Below, one piece after another: positions 11,252 through 21,100 of a stretch of DNA of 64,000 nucleotides. Every line of letters begins with the position of its first letter. The stretch's first letter is position 1. The notes under the pieces were generated by a model, which ran no database searches, was not told the origin of the DNA, and was given only the letters and a program-made list of their open reading frames with translations. The DNA lies in assembly GCA_965206595.1 (NCBI GenBank), contig OZ242214.1, forward strand, positions 3,168,001 through 3,232,000, given 5' to 3'. The translations under genes were made by a program, and so were the position numbers. Origin of the DNA: Candidatus Latescibacterota bacterium (GTDB lineage: Bacteria; Latescibacterota; UBA2968; UBA8231).

Positions 11252-12022
11252 TCACTGCTGCTTCGGCGGGATCGCGGCCAGCAGCTGCGTCCAGGCCTTG
11301 CCGAGATCCATGACGTCGCCGCCGCAGATAACCAGGTCGCAGCCGGCATCCATCGCCGCCTCGAGCAGCGGCCCAGGAAGGGTGAAGATGCCGCTGAGCT
11401 TGCCTGCCGCCTTCGCCTTTTCGATGCAGGAGAGCACCATACCGCGCAGCCGCGGGTCGGTCATCTGCCCCGTGACCCCGAGGTTGACGGAGAGGTCCCC
11501 CGGCCCGAGGAAGATGCCGCTCAGCCCCTCGACGGCGAGGATCTCGTCGGCGTTGTCGACTGCTGCGGAAGTCTCGATCTGGGTGAAGAGGAAGGTGCGC
11601 TCGTTGGCCCGGGCCATCGCCTGCACCGGATCCTCGAGCCCGAAATCCATGCCCGGGGTGCGGGTGTTGTAGCCGCGCGCCCCCACCGGGGCGTACTTGC
11701 CGTACTCGACCACCCTGCGGGCGTACCCGGCGTCGTCCACCATCGGCACGACGAGGCTGCGCGCCCCCGACTCCAGGGCGCGCAGCACGTTGTTGCGCTC
11801 GCCGTCCGGCAGGCGCACCAGCGGGGCGGTCCCGCCGGCCTCGGCCGCGGTGCACATCGCCTCGACGCGCTCGAACCCGCTCGGGCCGTGCTCCATCTCG
11901 ATCCAGACCGCCTCCCAGCCGATGCGGGCGGCCAGCCTTACGAGCAGCGGCGAGCCGCTGTTGACGGTGACGCCGCGCACCCGCCGCGGCTTGCCCGCGG
12001 CGTCGAGAAACAGGTTGTCCAT
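11252..12022 (-). CDS. HpcH/HpaI aldolase family protein
   Basis: VWIEMEH, VVPMV, TQIET, FLGPGDLS; RBS GAGGAG. Confidence 0.88.
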   Translation of the reverse strand: MDNLFLDAAGKPRRVRGVTVNSGSPLLVRLAARIGWEAVWIEMEHGPSGFERVEAMCTAAEAGGTAPLVRLPDGERNNVLRALESGARSLVVPMVDDAGYARRVVEYGKYAPVGARGYNTRTPGMDFGLEDPVQAMARANERTFLFTQIETSAAVDNADEILAVEGLSGIFLGPGDLSVNLGVTGQMTDPRLRGMVLSCIEKAKAAGKLSGIFTLPGPLLEAAMDAGCDLVICGGDVMDLGKAWTQLLAAIPPKQQ

Positions 12023-12297
12023 GGTTGCTCTCCTCGGCCCCGGGAGCCCTCCGGGAGGGCGCTCCCGCTGCCCGGGTGGTAGTTGGAACAGGTCCTTCCG
12101 CTTGCAGATGCGCTTCAGAGTATGGGAGCCGGTGGGAAAAGTCCATCCGCCGCGGTCGCACTCCTGGTTTCCGGCGCCCGCAATTCCTCCTGAATCAGCC
12201 GCCCGGCTACGCCGGGGTCCCACCCCTGGCTTCAGCACCGGCAGTTCCGCCCGAATCCGGCCGCCCCGTTCCTTCGGGGCCTGCCCCCGAAGACGCG

Positions 12298-13302
12298 CTA
12301 GCCCTCTTCGGGAATCACGCCGTCGAACCACTCGAGCACGCGCAGGGTGCGCTCGGTGCTCAGGTCGCCGTGCTTGCCGTCGTACTCCTCGTAGATGTGC
12401 GGCACCTGCGCTTCTTCGAGGCGCTCGTGGAGGATGCGGTGCCCGAGGTGGAAGTGGTACTCGTCGCGGAATCCGCAATCGGTGAACAGGTGCATGCCGC
12501 GGAAGGCGGCGGCGTACCTCTCGTACGCCCGTACCGGGTCGAAGTGCAGCCACTTCTCCCACACCTGCTCGTCGAGGTCGCCGTTGGGAAAGCGGATCGG
12601 CAGGTCGCCGCAGTACGGGGGGTTGTCCGGGTTGGGGGAATAGGCCGCGGCGAGGCCGTAGCAGATCCAGGAGTTGTAGTTGTCCCGGATCGGCCCGTTG
12701 AACCCCTTGGGCCAGGAGGAGTTCACCAGGTCGACGAGCCAGGGGACGTGGGTGACCTCGAAGTAGATGTCGGCGCTGCGGACCGCGGCCGCGGCGAAGA
12801 TCTCGGGGAAGCCGCCGCCGACGTGGAAGGCCCCGATGCCGCCGCTCGAGACCCCGGTCACCAGGCGGTGGCTGCGCTCCGGCACGGTGCGGTAATGGGC
12901 GTCGACGTACCCCACCACGTCGTCGGCCACGTAGCTGGCGTAGTTGCCGTTGATCCCCGAGTCGACCCACTGGCTGCAGCCCCAGCGGTTGTGGCCGTCC
13001 GGGGCGACGAGGATCATCTCGCGGCAGCTCTCCCCTTCCATCAGCTCGTCGGCGGCGTGCAGGAAGGAACGCCACCCCGGTCCCGAGGAGAGGGAGAAGT
13101 CGTTTGCCCAGGACCACGCGGTGCCGCCGAAGCCGTGCAGGATGTAGGCGACCGGGTAGCGCCGCGACTCCGACTCGCGGTAGGAACGCGGCAGCAGCAC
13201 GGCGAGGTTGCGAACCGCGGGATCCCCCAGCCTGTTGTCTTCGAGATGGCGCCCGTGAATGGTGTCGATCTGCAGTCGTTGCGCGCGTTCCTCCGGTGTC
13301 AT
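12298..13302 (-). CDS. Alpha/beta-hydrolase fold esterase (enterochelin esterase-like)
   Basis: YPVAYILHG, nucleophile elbow GVSSGG, DCGFRDE, YDGKH. Confidence 0.85.
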   Translation of the reverse strand: MTPEERAQRLQIDTIHGRHLEDNRLGDPAVRNLAVLLPRSYRESESRRYPVAYILHGFGGTAWSWANDFSLSSGPGWRSFLHAADELMEGESCREMILVAPDGHNRWGCSQWVDSGINGNYASYVADDVVGYVDAHYRTVPERSHRLVTGVSSGGIGAFHVGGGFPEIFAAAAVRSADIYFEVTHVPWLVDLVNSSWPKGFNGPIRDNYNSWICYGLAAAYSPNPDNPPYCGDLPIRFPNGDLDEQVWEKWLHFDPVRAYERYAAAFRGMHLFTDCGFRDEYHFHLGHRILHERLEEAQVPHIYEEYDGKHGDLSTERTLRVLEWFDGVIPEEG

Positions 13303-13388
13303 CGCCAGCTCCCTGGTTGCTGTTTTGAGCTACATTAAACCCGCATTGCCCTGCGAAAACAAGCGACATGCCGGCGGAGACGATCGTC

Positions 13389-14168
13389 ATGACCCCCTTC
13401 GAACAAGCGGTAACGGAAATCGAGATCTACGGATTCACCCTGGTGGCGGATGTCCTCGATCCCGGCCAGATCGAGGCCTTGAAAAGCGCCCTCATCCGCA
13501 GCGCCGGCGAGGTCGGACTGCACGGGTACGAAAACCGCAACGCCACCTCCGTGCTGGTCGCCAACCTGCCGGCGCGGGATCCGGTCTTTTTCCGGACCAT
13601 CGATCATCCCGCCATCCTGCCGATCCTCGAGCACTTCCTCGACAGGACCCTCATCCTCGGCAGCCTCAGCTCGCGCATCGTCCGGCCAGGGGACGGCGAG
13701 CAGGATTTCCACAGCGACATACCGGCTCACATGCTCAACCCGGTCTCCCCGGTCATGATGAACACCGTGTGGATGCTCGACGATTTCAGCCCCGAGATCG
13801 GCGGCACCCGCATCGTCCCCGGCTCGCACAAAAGCGGCCTCGCCGGCCCGCCGCAGGGGATGGAGGTCAGGCACGCGTTTCAACCCGAGGCCGCGGCGGG
13901 AAGCGTTTTGATCTTCAACGGCCAGTGCTGGCACGCCGGCGGCGCCAACAGCACCGGCCGCAATCGCCACGCCCTGTTCGCCCACTACCGCAAGTCGATG
14001 CTGATGTTCCAGCTCGACCCCCACGACGGTTTTCCGGCGGCGTGGTACGACCGACTGAACCGGCGCCAGAAGGAGCTGCTGCGCATGCAGTCCGGCCTCA
14101 ACGAAAGCCACGCCTCGGACGAGCACCTCGCCCGGTTGCTCCCCAGGCCGGATCGCCAGGGGAGTTGA
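13389..14168 (+). CDS. PhyH family dioxygenase, close paralog of 7208-7948
   Basis: Shared SPVMMNTVWMLDDFSPE, NGQCWHAGGAN, FQLDPHDGFPA. Confidence 0.88.
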   Translation: MTPFEQAVTEIEIYGFTLVADVLDPGQIEALKSALIRSAGEVGLHGYENRNATSVLVANLPARDPVFFRTIDHPAILPILEHFLDRTLILGSLSSRIVRPGDGEQDFHSDIPAHMLNPVSPVMMNTVWMLDDFSPEIGGTRIVPGSHKSGLAGPPQGMEVRHAFQPEAAAGSVLIFNGQCWHAGGANSTGRNRHALFAHYRKSMLMFQLDPHDGFPAAWYDRLNRRQKELLRMQSGLNESHASDEHLARLLPRPDRQGS

Positions 14169-14206
14169 ACTTCCAGGTGCTCGAAATTGCCACGGAAGGT
14201 TAAGAA

Positions 14207-15118
14207 ATGAATCGACTTCTGATTGTCCTGATATTGGCAGGCGTAGCTGAAGCGCACAGCGGGGACCGCGTGTATCCCTTCTACGAGCTTACGGATGAAA
14301 TGCTGGAGCAGATCGACTTGCACGACGGGTTTATCGACGAGTGGTATGAGATCGGTGAACCGAGCATGACCCTGCTGGATTTCAAGACCAACGGCGACAT
14401 TATTCCACTCAATCCGTCCAATCTCGACTTTCGCATCTGGCTAGCTTGGCATGATGAGCCGAATCGTATCTATGTGGCTTTCATCATCAGTGACGATGAA
14501 TACAAGAACACCCATGATTGGTCCAGCGAAACAGCGACTATGAGATGGCTTGATTTTAATGACAGCATCACCCTCTACCTTGACGCCGATCACAGCGGTG
14601 GCAGGGGATTAGTAGATATTGCAGGTGATGTAGCCGATGAGGAAAGAATGCGTATTTTCGGACATACGCAGATGTATAATGTAATTGCTCAAACGGTAAG
14701 CGGCCCAACCATGGCCGCGGGTAGTATAATCAGGGAAAGAGAGCCCCGGCATAATCTACCCCCCTATGGAGATGCGGGGGGCGGAGTCTCAGGAGAGAAC
14801 CCGACTATCAGTGTTATCGAGTTCTTTGTCACTCCACGGGATGCATGGGGAGACAACCTGGAGGACACCCCTTTCAGCGAGCTGTCTGCGCATCAGATTA
14901 TTGGGTTTGTTCCCGTCGTCAACGATTTTGATCCTTCTGATCCGGATTGGGGATATTCTCCTACCCCCTGGCATCCAGAAGCCATTGATGATGACGATGC
15001 GCATCTGAGGCTTCATGATTATATGGCCGACCTCTTCCTTGATGGCTTGCTGCTTCCCGCTCAGGAAACAGCCGTCGAGTCCGTCACCTGGGGACGCATC
15101 AAGGCGTCTTTGGAGTAA
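14207..15118 (+). CDS. Secreted hypothetical protein with TAVESVTWGRIK C-terminal motif
   Basis: Signal peptide, acidic composition, possible CBM9-like fold (WLAWHDEPNRIYVA, LDADHSGG). Confidence 0.7.
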   Translation: MNRLLIVLILAGVAEAHSGDRVYPFYELTDEMLEQIDLHDGFIDEWYEIGEPSMTLLDFKTNGDIIPLNPSNLDFRIWLAWHDEPNRIYVAFIISDDEYKNTHDWSSETATMRWLDFNDSITLYLDADHSGGRGLVDIAGDVADEERMRIFGHTQMYNVIAQTVSGPTMAAGSIIREREPRHNLPPYGDAGGGVSGENPTISVIEFFVTPRDAWGDNLEDTPFSELSAHQIIGFVPVVNDFDPSDPDWGYSPTPWHPEAIDDDDAHLRLHDYMADLFLDGLLLPAQETAVESVTWGRIKASLE

Positions 15119-15295
15119 GACCCTCATCGTCTTTCTGTTCCTGCTCGCTCAAGTCAGAGCCCACGATCCGAGCGGGAGCTCAGCCTCTGGTGCTGCAGGC
15201 GGGCCGGGCGGGGAGCCCGGTAATTTTGGCGCGGTACTGCTGTCTGTGAGCTACAACGAGAATTCACGAACCAGATCCGATAACGGAGAATCGAC

Positions 15296-16267
15296 ATGAG
15301 CGCAGACAAGGTGCGCTGGGGCATCATCAGCACCGCCCGCATCGCCGCAACCGCTTTCGTTCCCGCGGTGCGCCAGACCCGGCGGGGGGAGGTAACCGCG
15401 GTCGCCAGCCGCAGCCGCGACAAGGGGGAATCGTTCGCCAGGGAGCACGGGATCCCGCAGGTCTTCGACGACTACGCCAGCCTGCTGGCCAGCGACGAGG
15501 TCGACGCCGTGTACAACCCCCTCCCCAACACAATGCACCGCGAGTGGACGGAGGCGGCCGCGGCCGCCGGCAAGCACGTCTTCTGCGAAAAACCGCTGGC
15601 GACCACCGCGGCCGACGCCGAGGCGATGGTGGCCGCCTGTGAAGAGGCGGGGGTGGTCTTCTTCGAGGCCTTCGTCTTCCTCTACCACCCGCAGACCCTG
15701 AAGCTGCGCCGGCTTATCGACGAGGGGGCCATCGGCGAGCTGCTGCAGCTGCACGCCCACATGAGCTTCCCCATCCAGCGGCCGACCGACAACATCCGCA
15801 TGAACCGCGCCCTCGGAGGCGGCAGCCTCTACGACGGCGGCTCCTACCCGATCACCTTCTCCCGCTTCGCCTTCGGGGAAGAGCCGGCCGGCCTTCAGTC
15901 GAAGGTCCTGATCGACCAAGACTACCACGTCGACACCCGCGCGACCCTGATCCTGGAGTTCTCGGAAGACCGGACCGCCTCGATCCAGGGCGGCTTCGAC
16001 GCCTTCGGGGGGCAAGGGGCGGTGCTGTTCGGCAGGGAAGCGGCGATCGAGATCCCCAGACCCTACCATCCCCAGGAGCAGTCGAGCTTCGTCATTCGAT
16101 CGGGGGGGAGCGAAGAGGTGGTCTCCTTCGACAACGGGGTCGCGCCGTTCACGCCGGCGATCGAGCATTTCCACGATTGCGTGCTCGATGGGGCGGAGCC
16201 GCTGGTCACGGCGGCCAATGCGGTTGGGACGCTGCGGGTGATCGAATTCGTGCTGGCCGGGAGTTGA
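15296..16267 (+). CDS. Gfo/Idh/MocA family oxidoreductase
   Basis: VRWGIISTARIA, HVFCEKP, GGGSLYDGGSY. Confidence 0.9.
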   Translation: MSADKVRWGIISTARIAATAFVPAVRQTRRGEVTAVASRSRDKGESFAREHGIPQVFDDYASLLASDEVDAVYNPLPNTMHREWTEAAAAAGKHVFCEKPLATTAADAEAMVAACEEAGVVFFEAFVFLYHPQTLKLRRLIDEGAIGELLQLHAHMSFPIQRPTDNIRMNRALGGGSLYDGGSYPITFSRFAFGEEPAGLQSKVLIDQDYHVDTRATLILEFSEDRTASIQGGFDAFGGQGAVLFGREAAIEIPRPYHPQEQSSFVIRSGGSEEVVSFDNGVAPFTPAIEHFHDCVLDGAEPLVTAANAVGTLRVIEFVLAGS

Positions 16268-16282
16268 GGGGGCGCTACGTTT

Positions 16283-16363
16283 TCAGGCCAACTGGACAGG
16301 GCCAGGATAACGCCCGACGGCTTCGTCAACCGTCAACAGCCGTAATCCCTTCGATCTGCGCCT
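16283..16363 (-). pseudogene. Relic 3' end of a vapC (PIN) gene
   Basis: Reads AQIEGIT/LLTVDEAVGRYPGPVQLA* versus AQIEGMTLLTVDEVVGRYPGPIQLF* at 25707-25786; about 78% nt identity by hand. Confidence 0.8.
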
Positions 16364-16428
16364 TTGTAATTCGGCCGGTAAACAGGCTCACCGGCTTCCC
16401 ACACAGTGCCCTTGACGTCAACAGGACC

Positions 16429-17287
16429 TTAATCCCGCCCCGTTTCTGACAAGGTAGCAAGTGTTTCAAGGGACTGAAAACAAATAGATCTTCGCAATTT
16501 GTGAAGGGATTTTTCCTTTATTTGGCGAATGCGTTCTCTGGTAAGGCCCATCTTTTCCCCAATTTCCTGAAGTGTGTGAGGCTCCCCCCCTTCAAGTCCA
16601 AAGTAAAGTTTGATAATTTGGTAATCTCGATTGTTTAATTTATGAAAACTAAAATCTATCTGTCTCCGCGCAGATTCTCGTAAGGAGGAAGTGTCCGGCG
16701 CGGGATTAGTAATATCACTATAAAGATTGCCATTTAGGGAGTCAGCATTTCCCAAATTTTCTTCGAAATAACACATATCCCTAGAATTAATTAGTTCTCT
16801 AATTTCTGTTTCTGAAAATTTTAAATCCTTGGAAATCTCGGTAAGGTCTGATTCTTCGAAATCGTCAAAATCCATTGTAGGAAGGGCTTTCCGAACCTTC
16901 CGAAGGATTGCAACCTTATTTAGAGGCATCCGGACCGTATGTACATCCTCCTCAAGAGCTTTTAAAATCGATTGTCGGATCCACCATACGGCGTAGGTGA
17001 TAAATTTATTCCCCATATCTCCGTCAAACCGATCTGCAGCCGTTATCAAGCCCAAATTACCCGCACTAATCAGGTCCGACAAAGGTAGCCCGCAATTCTG
17101 GAATGGGATAGCAACATAAATCACGAACCGCAAATTCCCGTTAATTAGTTCATCCCGCGCCTGGAGATCCCCGCATTTAATTCGGGATGACAATTCCACC
17201 TCGCGTTCACGGGATAAAGGGGTTGAGCCCATAATGTCCTTAAAAAGGACCCGCAAAACGTTTTCTTCCCCATCCGGAATTTTTTTT
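16429..17287 (-). CDS. RNA polymerase sigma-70 factor (RpoD/RpoS-like regions 1.2-4); likely the C-terminal part of a fusion with 17145-18020
   Basis: PLSREREVEL (1.2), NLRFV...DLISAGNLGL...KFITYAVWWIRQSI (region 2), TLQEIGEKMGLTRERIRQI (4.2); the frame opens at the A8 run. Confidence 0.9.
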
Positions 17288-18020
17288 CAAAAATAGCTTT
17301 TTCAAACCAAGAATAAATCCTGTTATAGAATTTCCGATTACGTTCGCTGGAAGTTAGCTTGCTAAGCCATGAATTTAATATTCCATCGCAGTTAATTGGT
17401 TTATGATTAGCAACCATCCAGTTTGCACACTGTGATAGCGATATTTCCATCAAACTGTCTAGATCAATTGGGCTTGGATTCGGGAGTGAAATATCCCTGA
17501 TCAACGATGTGACGCGCTCAAAAACATCGCGAGAATTATCGAGTTTATTGGGCCGGCGCCCTACAACCGCCACACTCAAGCGTGTTCCAGCTCGAAAAAA
17601 TACAACAGTTGGAGGAGTTAGTCGCTTATCAATCTCGCGGGTAAATTCATCAAGTATCCCTCTCGGTGCATCAGGTCCCTTCAGTTCCACTGCGAGAAAA
17701 AGAAAGCTCCGATGTCGTCCGCCTTGATAATAGCCTGCCGACCTCCCCGACCCTTGGAGACAACTCGAGATTATTTGGTCATTAGTCATTTGGAAAACGA
17801 GCTTTACAGACTGGACATCTTCCCGGAAAGCACCTTCTGGTTCCGTATTGGGTCTAATTGCAGGAAATTTTTGGATGAAATCCTCTACACTGCCAGAGAG
17901 CTTAAAAGTTCGATCACTCTCGTATCCCAAAATCAAAAGAAGATCTTTAACAACTAAAGAAAGATCTCTGCCTTTTGAGGATGCTAAAGTAGATTGGATA
18001 TCTTCACGAATGCCGGACAT
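17145..18020 (-). CDS. Diverged paralog of the N-terminal ~250 aa of the adjacent type IIG RM enzyme
   Basis: RSFLFLAVELKG/RSFLFVAIELKG, EFTREIDKRL/EFTREINKRL, NRKFYNRIYSWF/NRRFYRELFDWF; similarity ends at ~17280. Confidence 0.85.
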   Translation of the reverse strand: MSGIREDIQSTLASSKGRDLSLVVKDLLLILGYESDRTFKLSGSVEDFIQKFPAIRPNTEPEGAFREDVQSVKLVFQMTNDQIISSCLQGSGRSAGYYQGGRHRSFLFLAVELKGPDAPRGILDEFTREIDKRLTPPTVVFFRAGTRLSVAVVGRRPNKLDNSRDVFERVTSLIRDISLPNPSPIDLDSLMEISLSQCANWMVANHKPINCDGILNSWLSKLTSSERNRKFYNRIYSWFEKAIFEKKFRMGKKTFCGSFLRTLWAQPLYPVNARWNCHPELNAGISRRGMN

Positions 18021-18094
18021 CCTGTAAAGAAAGATCTCTGCCTTTTGAGGATGCTAAAGTAGATTGGATATCTTCACGAATGCCGGACATCCTG
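17955..18094. repeat. Perfect 70-bp tandem duplication covering the start of the RM-NTD paralog
   Basis: 17955-18024 is identical to 18025-18094. Confidence 0.95.
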
Positions 18095-18197
18095 ATTACC
18101 TGATGATATAAAGATGGACCAGTTTTCAAAGTTCCATTGTTACAATCGAAAGAACATTCAAAAAAAAGATCTGTTCCACTCAAATTGTTCACTCATT

Positions 18198-21100
18198 TCA
18201 TTTCTCAATTGCCTGGATCTCCTTTCTCGTCAGTCCGTAAAGGTTGTACACTAATTGGTCTATTTCGCCTTCCTCCTCCTGGGTGTTTGCCGCCGGGTCG
18301 CGAGCTTTTTTCTTCAGGATTAGATCCACCAATCGAGAAAAGGGCCGTTGCTTTTCCGCCGGGATTATCGGAATTGGGATATTTTCAACGGAGGCATTTA
18401 TCCATCGAGTCACACCCATCCCAGAATTCAGTGCCATGTTGTCCATAAACCATGTAATTAGTGTTGAATTGAGTAAAGCACAAAGATATTTGATCGATTT
18501 TCCCGTCATAATAAATGTCGTGTTCAAGCAAAACACCCCATCAATATCGTAGGCAAATCTACCCTTATCTGTGAGATCCATCCAGATCAATTTTTTCTTT
18601 TGGAAATCTTCGTAGTAATTAGCACCCCATCGCTGGAGAGCATACCATTCGTACCGGATTCCAGTTTCCGATCTATTTCGGGAACTTAGGGCTGCCTTGT
18701 GTGAAAATAAATGCTGATAAATCGCAGGATACTGTTTTTTGAACAGATCCTCCGCCTTTTTACTGCTACCCTTGATTGTTGAATCAGAATGCAAAGGGAA
18801 ATGCCAAGGGACATTGATTAGCCATAATCCAGCCCAATTCGCTCGATATCGCTGAATGTCCCGCCCACGCAGCACCGGCTTGATGATCTCTGCAGAGTTT
18901 GGGGATTGTGCAACCAGCGCCGATCTAGTCGCTTCGTCAATGATGAAGGCACCATTGCAACCCGTTGTGATTCCACGATTGCGTTCACCTTCCCAATTTT
19001 TTATCGGCGTTCCTTTCTTCTGCATCTTGCCCATTACCATCTGCTCGGTTCGTGACAGTATGCTCCAAGGCTTATCTCCCTCCGGCCTCGCTTGCCCCCA
19101 CAACTTTTCCTCAGGCGGGAAATTTTTGGTTTTCAATTTGTCCATATCAACAGCATCAACCGCCTTGGACCTCCTGGCATCGTTCCCTTTCCGCAGTAGC
19201 AGGACACAGGTGTCGACGATGGTGTTTTCAAAAACGTCCTTCCCCATTTCCAGTAGCCGCAACGGGCTGTGCCGATCTGCGAAATAACGGCGCAGGGGTT
19301 TTCCGTACTCAGCTTTCAACCAGCTGTTTGAGGTGATGTAGGCCAGCAGCCCCCCAGGGCGAAGCTGCCGGCAGCCGCTCTCGTAGAACAGCTGGTAGAT
19401 ATCTCCGGTTCGGGCGAAGGTATCGTAACCTGCGTCCTTGTAGAGCTTGCCTAATTTGCCTCCTTCCTTCTGCAACTGGATGTAAGGTGGATTGCCGATA
19501 ATCAGGTCAAACCCTTCCTCGACCCCGAACATGTACTTCGCGTCGAACCAGGTGCTGCTGTCGTTCTGGTCGTAAGGATCCCAATGGGCTATCTGGTCCG
19601 CAGCCCCGGGTGGGAGGCCGGATTTCTCCAATTGCTTGGAGAGCCGACTCCGCAATTTCTTGTCAACCTTGATGCACTTCAGCTTTTCCTGTCGAGTATT
19701 GGCGTGAAAATGTCGTTCCCGGTTTGTCTGGATGTCCCTCTCCACCCGGTTAACGGCATCTGTCTGGCCGAGGGTGAACTGGTCCGGCTTGTCCAGGCCC
19801 AGGAGTGTGTCGGCGGCGACGAAGCGGGTCTCGAGGTTGGGCAGCGGCTTGATGCCGTGGTTCTCCGCGGTTTCGTCCGTGCTCTGCTCGATAGCCAGGG
19901 TTATAAAGAAGCGCAACTTGGCGATCTGGCAGGCGATGGTCTGGATGTCCACGCCGTAGATGCTGTTCTGGATGAGATAGAGCTTACGCCCGAAATCGGA
20001 GTCACGGTACTTTTCGAACGTGTCACTGATTTCCTTGAGCTCGGCATCGCGTTTCTGCTGGTTCTGTACCTCGAAGGCTTCCTGGGCGCTCATTCCCGCA
20101 ATTTCCTTCTGGAAGTTTTCCCAGAGCGCGTTTTCCGGATCGAGGCGTCGCAATGCCAGGGTCAGCTTGTGCAGGACTGCCATTGGGAAGGCCCCGGAAC
20201 CGACTGCCGGATCGAGCACCTTTGTCTCCGCAATCGCCCGCACAATGTTTGCCGCTTCCTTCTCTTCAAACAGATCGTTTGCATCGTTGAAGGCGTCTTC
20301 GTAGTCCAGCAGGTAGCGCAGCCGTTCTTGCCAGTAATCCGCGTCGCCAACATTAGGCTGCACTTTTTCCTCAAACGCCGCGACCAAAGCCTCATCCACC
20401 ATGTAGTCCACCACGGCCCTGGGCGTGTAGTAGGAGCCGGTCTGCTTGCGGGCCGTCTCACGGGTCTCGGGGTTGTAGGCCGCCAGCAGATTCTCGAAGA
20501 CTTTGCCGAGCAGCTCGGGGTCGAGGGCGACCTCCTGCTCTATGGGGGTGTTTTCCTCCACCGTGAACTTGAAGCGGTTTAGCAGTGGAAACAGACCGCC
20601 GCCCTCGTCGAAGAACAGGGCGTCAGGGACGTCCAGCTCCTGCCACGCCTCACGGCGCGCTTGTGCCGCCCGGGGGCTGTCGCTTGGGTCCGGATCGCTG
20701 AACATGTCGATGCGTTTGCCCCCGGCGCTTCTTGACTCGTCATCGTCCAGGCAGTCGAACAGGCCGCCATTGATGAACGGCGTCTGTTTCATCAGGTCCT
20801 CGAAACGCTTCGTATCCCGAATGAGGGTTCGGTAGCGGAAACGTGAAAAGACCCGGTGGCTAGGCTCGGTCCGGGTGGTGAAACCACGCTTTCCCATCTC
20901 GGTGTTGAGGGTCGCGAAGAAGAGGTTCTGCAGGACGGCGCGGTAGTAGTCCGAGCCGCCGAAGTCGTTCAGCAGCTCTTTCATTTCGGCGCCGACGAAC
21001 CACTCCTCTCGGACCAGCCCCTTTTCCTTGATGAACCAGACGAACAGGATTCGAGTGATCAACCGGATGACCTGCTGCTCCATAGGCACGGTCGAGGGGA

